A DNA stretch of 64,000 nucleotides from contig JBJMIJ010000013.1 of the NCBI GenBank assembly GCA_045806885.1, forward strand, positions 150,110 through 214,109, written 5' to 3'. The DNA is from Aeromicrobium sp. GTDB lineage: Bacteria; Actinomycetota; Actinomycetes; Propionibacteriales; Nocardioidaceae. Positions 35,028-40,603 of this stretch are shown here, piece by piece (the first letter of the stretch is position 1; each line of letters opens with the position of its first letter). Position numbers and translations under genes: made by a program. A model generated the notes under the pieces. That model was not told where the DNA came from. It was given only the letters and a program-made list of their open reading frames with translations, and searched no databases.

Positions 35028-35052
35028 TCATGCCTCAGCGTCGATCGGGTAC
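35028..35052 (+). promoter_or_regulatory. promoter candidate TCAT-N15-GGGTAC for the SRPBCC gene
   Basis: -10 at 35047..35052. Confidence 0.4.
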
Positions 35053-35079
35053 CGAAGCCACCCAAGGAAAGGAGCAACG

Positions 35080-35568
35080 ATGAGTGTCATCGAGAAGTCC
35101 ATTGAGGTTGACGTCCCGCGACGCACGGCCTACGACCAGTGGACGCAGTTCGAGAGCTTCCCCGAGTTCATGGAGGGGGTTGAGGACGTCCGCCAGATCG
35201 ACGACAGCCATCTCCACTGGAAGGGCGAGATCGCTGGGGTGGAACGCGAGTGGGATGCCGAGATCGTGCACCAGGAGCCGGATGAACGCGTGACCTGGCG
35301 TGCCACGAGCGGCGCCAAGAACGACGGCACCGTGTCCTTCGGATCGATCAACCCCGAGCGGACGCAAGTGACGTTGCGGCTCGACTTCGAGCCGGAAGGC
35401 TTCGCCGAGAAGGCCGCCGACGTCCTGCACATCGTCGACCTGCGGGTCGACAAGGACCTCCACAACTTCAAGAGGTTCATCGAGGAGCGGGAGACGGAGA
35501 CCGGCGCGTGGCGCGGGTCGGTGAAGCCGACCGGTGAGGTCGACTCAGGGCCCGAACAGACGCCCTAA
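35080..35568 (+). CDS. SRPBCC family (cyclase/dehydrase-like) protein
   Basis: ATG 35080 with AAGGAAAGGAG upstream. SIEVDVPRRTAYDQWTQFESFPEFMEGV. Confidence 0.75.
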   Translation: MSVIEKSIEVDVPRRTAYDQWTQFESFPEFMEGVEDVRQIDDSHLHWKGEIAGVEREWDAEIVHQEPDERVTWRATSGAKNDGTVSFGSINPERTQVTLRLDFEPEGFAEKAADVLHIVDLRVDKDLHNFKRFIEERETETGAWRGSVKPTGEVDSGPEQTP

Positions 35569-35596
35569 CCGGCAGTCTCGCTGAGCCGGCCGAGCG

Positions 35597-35902
35597 TCAC
35601 GCGCCGGCCGGCTCAGAGCCTGGTTGACGACGGGATTCGGTCACCACGGTCAAGACGACTGGCCGCCGAAGCCCGTCGGGCGCGAGCCGGTGGCTTCCGT
35701 CGCACCATGGCTTCCTTCGGCTGAAGCCGCAGTTGCACACGGCGACCAGCGGGCGCTCAACGTCGACCGAATCACCCTCCGGACCGCGCAGCGCCGACGC
35801 GAACCGGACAAGTGCCGGACCGTCAGGCACGCATTCGATCTCGATCGGTCGATCCGCAAGGACCTCGTACCGACGCACGCGCTGCTTGTCACCTGATGCC
35901 AC
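35597..35902 (-). CDS. CDGSH iron-sulfur domain protein
   Basis: CNCGFSRRKPWCDGSH matches the CxCx2(S/T)x3PxCDG(S/A/T)H signature. GTG 35902 lies 9 nt after GGGTAC. Confidence 0.75.
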   Translation of the reverse strand: MASGDKQRVRRYEVLADRPIEIECVPDGPALVRFASALRGPEGDSVDVERPLVAVCNCGFSRRKPWCDGSHRLAPDGLRRPVVLTVVTESRRQPGSEPAGA

Positions 35903-35911
35903 ACCGTCGCC

Positions 35912-35937
35912 GTACCCAGACACCTGCCACAGCAGTC
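35912..35937 (-). promoter_or_regulatory. promoter candidate GACT-N16-GGGTAC for the CDGSH gene
   Basis: -10 at 35917..35912 and -35 at 35937..35934. Confidence 0.4.
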
Positions 35938-35942
35938 GCTCC

Positions 35943-35967
35943 GAATCGCACCGGCACCACCGGGTAA
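35943..35967 (+). promoter_or_regulatory. promoter candidate GAAT-N15-GGGTAA for the haem-oxygenase-like gene
   Basis: -35 at 35943..35946 and -10 at 35962..35967. GTG 35977 lies 9 nt downstream. Confidence 0.4.
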
Positions 35968-35976
35968 TTGGAGGGT

Positions 35977-36942
35977 GTGCGCCTGCCCGCCCCACGTGGC
36001 CCCTACAGCGAAGAGCTCTTCGACAGCTTGGCGAATCGCACCCGGCTCTTCGCCCCGCCGGACGAACTCGCCGACGACGACCGGCACATCGCCCTGTGGG
36101 CCCTGTACGAGCTGCACTATCGCGGATTCGCCGGCGTCGACGAGGACCGGGAATGGGACCCCGTGCTGCTGCGGGCGCGCGCAGGCTTGGAGGCACCCTT
36201 CGAGGCGGACCTGCGCGCCCGGTCCGCAGAGGTGGTCAAGCGCACGCTGTCGGAGGGCAGCGGCGTCGTCGAGCAGCTGGGCATCATCGCCACGCGTCGT
36301 GGCTCGGGATTGCCCACATTCCTGGAGCGCAGTGCGACCGAGGCGCAGTTCGCCGAGTTCCTGACCATGCGCAGCGTCTACACGCTCAAGGAGTCCGATC
36401 CGCACGCGTGGGCACTGCCGAGGATCACCCATCATGCGAAGGCGGCCCTCGCCGAGCTCCTGTACGACGAGTTCGGCAGCGGCTCGGGCAACCGCGTACA
36501 CCAGGAGCTGTTCGCCGCCGCTCTTCGCGAAGCGGGCCTAGACCCCATCTACGGCGCGCTGGTCGACCAGGCTCCAGCACACGTTCTCGCCGTCAACAAC
36601 GCGATGAGCCTGTTCGGCCTGCATCACCGCCTGCGTGGCGCCCTGCTCGGCCACCTCGCCGCATTCGAGATGACGAGCACGACACCGTGCCGACGGATCG
36701 CGAAGGGGGCTCAGCGACTCGGTCTCGGCCCTGCCGTCCTGAGGTACTACGAGGAGCACATCGAGGCCGACGCCGTCCACGAGCAGCTCGCGTCCCGCTC
36801 GATCTGCGGCGCGTTGGTCGACGCCGAACCCGCCCTGCACGATGACGTGCTCCTCGGCGCAGCCACCTGCGTCGTGCTGGAGAAGACGTCGGGCATCGCG
36901 ATGCTGAAGGCGTGGGCTGACGGTCGGTCAGCCCTGCGCTGA
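35977..36942 (+). CDS. iron-containing redox enzyme family (haem-oxygenase-like diiron oxidase fold) protein
   Basis: All-helical, about 320 aa. DDDRHIALWALYELHYRGF and EEHIEADAVHEQ resemble this family. The start could also be TTG 35968. Confidence 0.55.
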   Translation: MRLPAPRGPYSEELFDSLANRTRLFAPPDELADDDRHIALWALYELHYRGFAGVDEDREWDPVLLRARAGLEAPFEADLRARSAEVVKRTLSEGSGVVEQLGIIATRRGSGLPTFLERSATEAQFAEFLTMRSVYTLKESDPHAWALPRITHHAKAALAELLYDEFGSGSGNRVHQELFAAALREAGLDPIYGALVDQAPAHVLAVNNAMSLFGLHHRLRGALLGHLAAFEMTSTTPCRRIAKGAQRLGLGPAVLRYYEEHIEADAVHEQLASRSICGALVDAEPALHDDVLLGAATCVVLEKTSGIAMLKAWADGRSALR

Positions 36943-36948
36943 GCCTCG

Positions 36949-37674
36949 TCAGCGGGCCAGCAGCGTCTCCCATGCGTACGCGAGCTCTTTCCACTCGTCG
37001 CGGCACAGTTTGGCGCGGTACTTGGTGAGGGGATCCCCGTCGACGAGGTGCTTCCACGCCTTGGGCTCGGACCCGTACAGCCAGCAGTAAAGGTTCACGG
37101 CGCGCTGGCCGTCGCTGCCGTGCTCGTCGTCGTCGGTCTGCTCGTAGAGGTCATTGTCGATCTGATACTCATACGCGTCCGACAGCACGATGTCCGGGTC
37201 CTTCAGGCCGACGATGGCCTGCCAGACCGCGAACTGGTCGGCCGCGTCCTCTTCGCGCCCCGTCACCGGCAGATGACGGACGTCGATCAGGGCGTGGCCA
37301 AGCTCATGCAGCAGCGTGCCCTCCGCGACACCGAGCATCGTCCCGCGGATGTCCTTCTCGCCGCCGTCCTTGATCGCCTTCTTGGTGTCGACGAAGTCCT
37401 GCAGGCACAGTTCCACGACACCCTCGCCGGTGACGTATCCCGTGCCGTCGGTGCAGGACTTGAGGCGCACGACGATGTCGTCCGGCGGATGACCAACGCG
37501 CGCGGCTTGCCGGGCTGCGCGCTCGAGGACACCGCTCTTGCGCAGCATCGTCTGCATGGGACGCAGTTCTTTCTTGACCTTCGGGTATTCGACGGTGACA
37601 TCGCCGTCGCCCGACAGGGCGGGCGAGCAACCGCCTAGGAGGAGCAACGCGGCCAGCAGGAATCGCATGCTCAT
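36949..37674 (-). CDS. DUF4344-like putative zinc metallopeptidase lipoprotein
   Basis: Signal peptide plus lipobox LLLLGGCS. HELGHAL zinc motif. 11 nt downstream of the arsC stop. Confidence 0.65.
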   Translation of the reverse strand: MSMRFLLAALLLLGGCSPALSGDGDVTVEYPKVKKELRPMQTMLRKSGVLERAARQAARVGHPPDDIVVRLKSCTDGTGYVTGEGVVELCLQDFVDTKKAIKDGGEKDIRGTMLGVAEGTLLHELGHALIDVRHLPVTGREEDAADQFAVWQAIVGLKDPDIVLSDAYEYQIDNDLYEQTDDDEHGSDGQRAVNLYCWLYGSEPKAWKHLVDGDPLTKYRAKLCRDEWKELAYAWETLLAR

Positions 37675-37685
37675 CGTCTACACCA

Positions 37686-38087
37686 TCAGGACCCGTCGAG
37701 GTCGGCGATCAGCGCCTTGACCCGCTCCTTGATCGCGTCGCGGATCGGCCGGACGGCGTCGATCCCCTGCCCAGCCGGGTCATCCAGGTCCCAGTCCTCG
37801 TACCGCTTGCCCGGGTAGAACGGGCAGGTGTCGCCGCACCCCATCGTGATGACGACGTCCGATTCCTGCACGGCGGCGTCGGTCAGGAGCTTGGGCTGCC
37901 CGCCCGCGATGTCGATGCCCTCTTCGGCCATCGCCTGGACCGCGACCGGATTGATCTGGTTGCCGGGCTGGGACCCGGCGGACACCACGTCGATGCGGTC
38001 GCCGGCCAGGTACTGCAGGTAGCCGGCAGCCATCTGCGACCGGCCGGCGTTGTGCACGCAGACGAAGAGAACGGTGGGCTTGGTCAT
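37686..38087 (-). CDS. arsC: arsenate reductase, LMW-PTP type
   Basis: CVHNAGRS (CX5R P-loop) and downstream Cys pair GCGDTCP. ATGA overlap with the channel gene. Confidence 0.85.
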   Translation of the reverse strand: MTKPTVLFVCVHNAGRSQMAAGYLQYLAGDRIDVVSAGSQPGNQINPVAVQAMAEEGIDIAGGQPKLLTDAAVQESDVVITMGCGDTCPFYPGKRYEDWDLDDPAGQGIDAVRPIRDAIKERVKALIADLDGS

Positions 38088-38761
38088 GGCAGGGCTCTCG
38101 TCGGGAAGGTGAGGCGGACGAACAGCAGGCCCAGCAGGCCGCCGAGCGCCTGCATGAGCACGAAATACAGGACCGAGCTCGGCGCGATGCCGGCGAAGGT
38201 GTCGGAGAACATCCGGGCGACGGTGACCGCCGGGTTGGCGAAGCTCGTGGACGACGTGAACCAGTAGGCCGCGGCGATGTACCCACCCACGGCGAAGGCG
38301 ATGGTCTCGGAACGACCGGTGCGGATCGACCCGAAGATGACGACCACCAGGCCGAAGGTGGCGACGACCTCTCCGAGCCAGAGGCCCGAGCCGGAACGCT
38401 CGTGGCCGGAGAAATGAACGGCCGGCAGGTCGAACATCAGGTTCGCGACCATGGCACCCAGGATGCCGCCTGCCAGCTGCGCGACGATGAGAACCAGGGC
38501 GCTGACGACCTTCAGTTGGCCAAGGGCCACCTCAATGAGCGTGACGACCGGATTGAAGGCGGCCGAGACGGGTTGCAAGGCCAGGATCAGGGCGACGAGT
38601 GCAGCGCCCGTTGCGACGCTGTTCTCCAGGAGCTGCAGGCCGACGTCGTCGGACAGCCGGCTGGCCATGATTCCCGACCCGATGACGGTCGCGACCAGGA
38701 AGGCGGTGCCAACGAACTCGGCAGCGACCTTCCGCGGAAGGTGATACGTCGGGGGCGCCAT
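38084..38761 (-). CDS. MIP-family channel (aquaglyceroporin, AqpS-like arsenite channel)
   Basis: ATG 38761. NPV (AAFNPVVT) and NPA (SFANPAVT) boxes. Six TM. Confidence 0.8.
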   Translation of the reverse strand: MAPPTYHLPRKVAAEFVGTAFLVATVIGSGIMASRLSDDVGLQLLENSVATGAALVALILALQPVSAAFNPVVTLIEVALGQLKVVSALVLIVAQLAGGILGAMVANLMFDLPAVHFSGHERSGSGLWLGEVVATFGLVVVIFGSIRTGRSETIAFAVGGYIAAAYWFTSSTSFANPAVTVARMFSDTFAGIAPSSVLYFVLMQALGGLLGLLFVRLTFPTRALP

Positions 38762-39114
38762 CAGGCTCCCCCGATCAGCGCCGCGAGGTCGGCCAGGGCG
38801 TCTCCGCGCACCGCGTAGTACACCCACGTCGCGCGCTTCGTCCGGTCGAGCAGGCCCGCCTCGTGCAGGACCTTGAGATGGTGGCTGATCGTCGGCTGCG
38901 ACAGGTCGAAGGCCTCCTGCAGCTCGCACACGCAGGCCTCCCGCCCTTCATGCGCCGCGACGAGCGACAACAGACGCAGCCGGACGGGGTCGGCGATGGC
39001 CTTGAGCAGCGGCGCAATGCGCTCGGCCTGGTCGGCAGACAGCGGGGACGACGTCAGAGGCGAACAGCACGCGACGGTCTCGATCGGCGTGAGCTGAAGA
39101 ACGGACTTCGACAC
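38761..39114 (-). CDS. arsR: ArsR/SmtB family metalloregulator
   Basis: ACVCELQ As(III)-site-like CVC, wHTH LSQPTISHHLKVLHEAGLL. GTG 39114 preferred, because the longer form to ATG 39189 would translate the AT-rich operator region. Confidence 0.8.
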   Translation of the reverse strand: MSKSVLQLTPIETVACCSPLTSSPLSADQAERIAPLLKAIADPVRLRLLSLVAAHEGREACVCELQEAFDLSQPTISHHLKVLHEAGLLDRTKRATWVYYAVRGDALADLAALIGGA

Positions 39115-39131
39115 ACATACATATTGACACA

Positions 39132-39174
39132 CGTCGATATAGCGTGGTGCGATGTATCGATGAACATCTATATA
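39132..39174. promoter_or_regulatory. AT-rich ars control region with direct repeats TATAT(C/A)GA(C/T)G spaced 33 nt (minus-strand reading)
   Basis: Plus-strand cgtcgatata at 39132..39141 and catctatata at 39165..39174. Local GC is far below the surroundings. Confidence 0.4.
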
Positions 39175-39187
39175 CGAGGAGGTCGAC

Positions 39188-39226
39188 ATGTGCTGCGATG
39201 ACTGCTGCCCCGGCGGCTGCTGCTGA
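39188..39226 (+). CDS. 12-codon cysteine-rich micro-ORF MCCDDCCPGGCC
   Basis: GAGGAGG (39176..39182), 5-nt spacer, ATG 39188, six TGC codons, TGA 39224. Followed by a GC-rich stem-loop. Confidence 0.35.
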   Translation: MCCDDCCPGGCC

Positions 39227-39252
39227 GCTCGCCCGCGTGCGCGGCGACTGAG

Positions 39253-40581
39253 TCAGCGCGGCGCGAGCGAGATCTCGGCCGGGTAGACGTCGAACGCGTA
39301 CGGGAGCCGTTGGTTCCGGCGCAGGCGTGGGCCCGCTGTCAGTTTGGGCTCCGCCTGCGTGACGAGCTGTCCGAGGAAGGCCTGCCCGAGGAAGATCGAC
39401 AGTCCAGCGCCGGGACATCCCTGCGGGCCATGGCTGAAGAAGTTGAAGGACCAGTCGGAACCCGCGTTGCCCTCGCTCCACTCCTGCGGCGCGAAGTCGT
39501 CGGCGTACGGGATTCGTCCGCGATTGCGGTGGTTGAACAGGTTGTGAATGAGCAGCGGCGTGCCCGCCGGGGTCTTCTGGCCGTTCTCCCAGCGGTAGTC
39601 CTCGGCCTGGACGCGGCCGAACAACGCCGTCGTGGGCCAGAGGCGCATGGCCTCCAGGATGCATCCGGCCAGATACGTCGACTCGGTGACCGTCTTCACG
39701 GTGGTGAGCTTCTTGGAGCCGATCTCGTCCCGGGCACGCTGCAGCGCATCGGGATGTGTCGCCAGCAACGCGAGCACCCTGAACAGGTTGGTCGGCAGAG
39801 TGTCGCCCATGGCGAACAGCCAGTGGATGAGCTGGCCGGGAACATCGGTCTCGGCGTCCGCGGGTGCCCCCGCGATCATGCCGGTCAGCGCGTTCGCGTC
39901 AGGGGTGTCGACGTATGCGGCGATGTGCGCGTGGAAGCGGTCGTAGCCGGCAGCCGGCTTGCCCGGCATCTTGTTGCCGGCGGCCATCAGCTCGCCCAGC
40001 TGCGCGGTGAGCTCCGTGTCGTCCGCCGCCGCATCGCCGAAGACGACGCGTCGCGCGAGTCGCTGGAAAGCGGCGTTGAGGTCGTCAAAGCGCAGCGGAC
40101 CCTCGCCGGCCAGCAGGTGATCGGCCGTCTCGACCGCGATGGTGGCGAAACGACGCGCCAACGGGTGTGCGGGCGACTCCGGCTTCAGCACCGCCTCGGC
40201 GAAGGCCCGGCGCTTGGCCCACACGTCGCCCCGCGAGATCGTCAGGGCATCGGGCTGGAACGCCGCCATGCCCTTGCGCTTGGCCTCGGGATCGGCGGCG
40301 AAGGGACTGGGTGATCCCCCGAGGACCGTTCTGATGTCGTCCGGATGCGTGAGCAGCAGGGTCTCCTCAGCGCCGACGCGCACCCAGAACGGGTCCGGGC
40401 CGTACTTGCGGGCCAGGCCTTCGACCAGCCGGTAGGCCAGGGCCTCGGCCGGCAGCTTGCTCACCACCGTGACCACGGCCTCCCGCTTGCGGAACAGACC
40501 CTGGGCGACGTTGGGAATGCCCACCTGCGCGGTGAAGCGAACGCCCTCGACGATCGAGGCGTGCTTGAAGTCCAGCGTCAT
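39253..40581 (-). CDS. cytochrome P450
   Basis: ATG 40581. Haem loop FSHGPQGCPG, ExxR (EAMR), I-helix AMGDT. Confidence 0.85.
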   Translation of the reverse strand: MTLDFKHASIVEGVRFTAQVGIPNVAQGLFRKREAVVTVVSKLPAEALAYRLVEGLARKYGPDPFWVRVGAEETLLLTHPDDIRTVLGGSPSPFAADPEAKRKGMAAFQPDALTISRGDVWAKRRAFAEAVLKPESPAHPLARRFATIAVETADHLLAGEGPLRFDDLNAAFQRLARRVVFGDAAADDTELTAQLGELMAAGNKMPGKPAAGYDRFHAHIAAYVDTPDANALTGMIAGAPADAETDVPGQLIHWLFAMGDTLPTNLFRVLALLATHPDALQRARDEIGSKKLTTVKTVTESTYLAGCILEAMRLWPTTALFGRVQAEDYRWENGQKTPAGTPLLIHNLFNHRNRGRIPYADDFAPQEWSEGNAGSDWSFNFFSHGPQGCPGAGLSIFLGQAFLGQLVTQAEPKLTAGPRLRRNQRLPYAFDVYPAEISLAPR

Positions 40582-40603
40582 GCCCCCACCTTGATGTGCA
40601 CGG

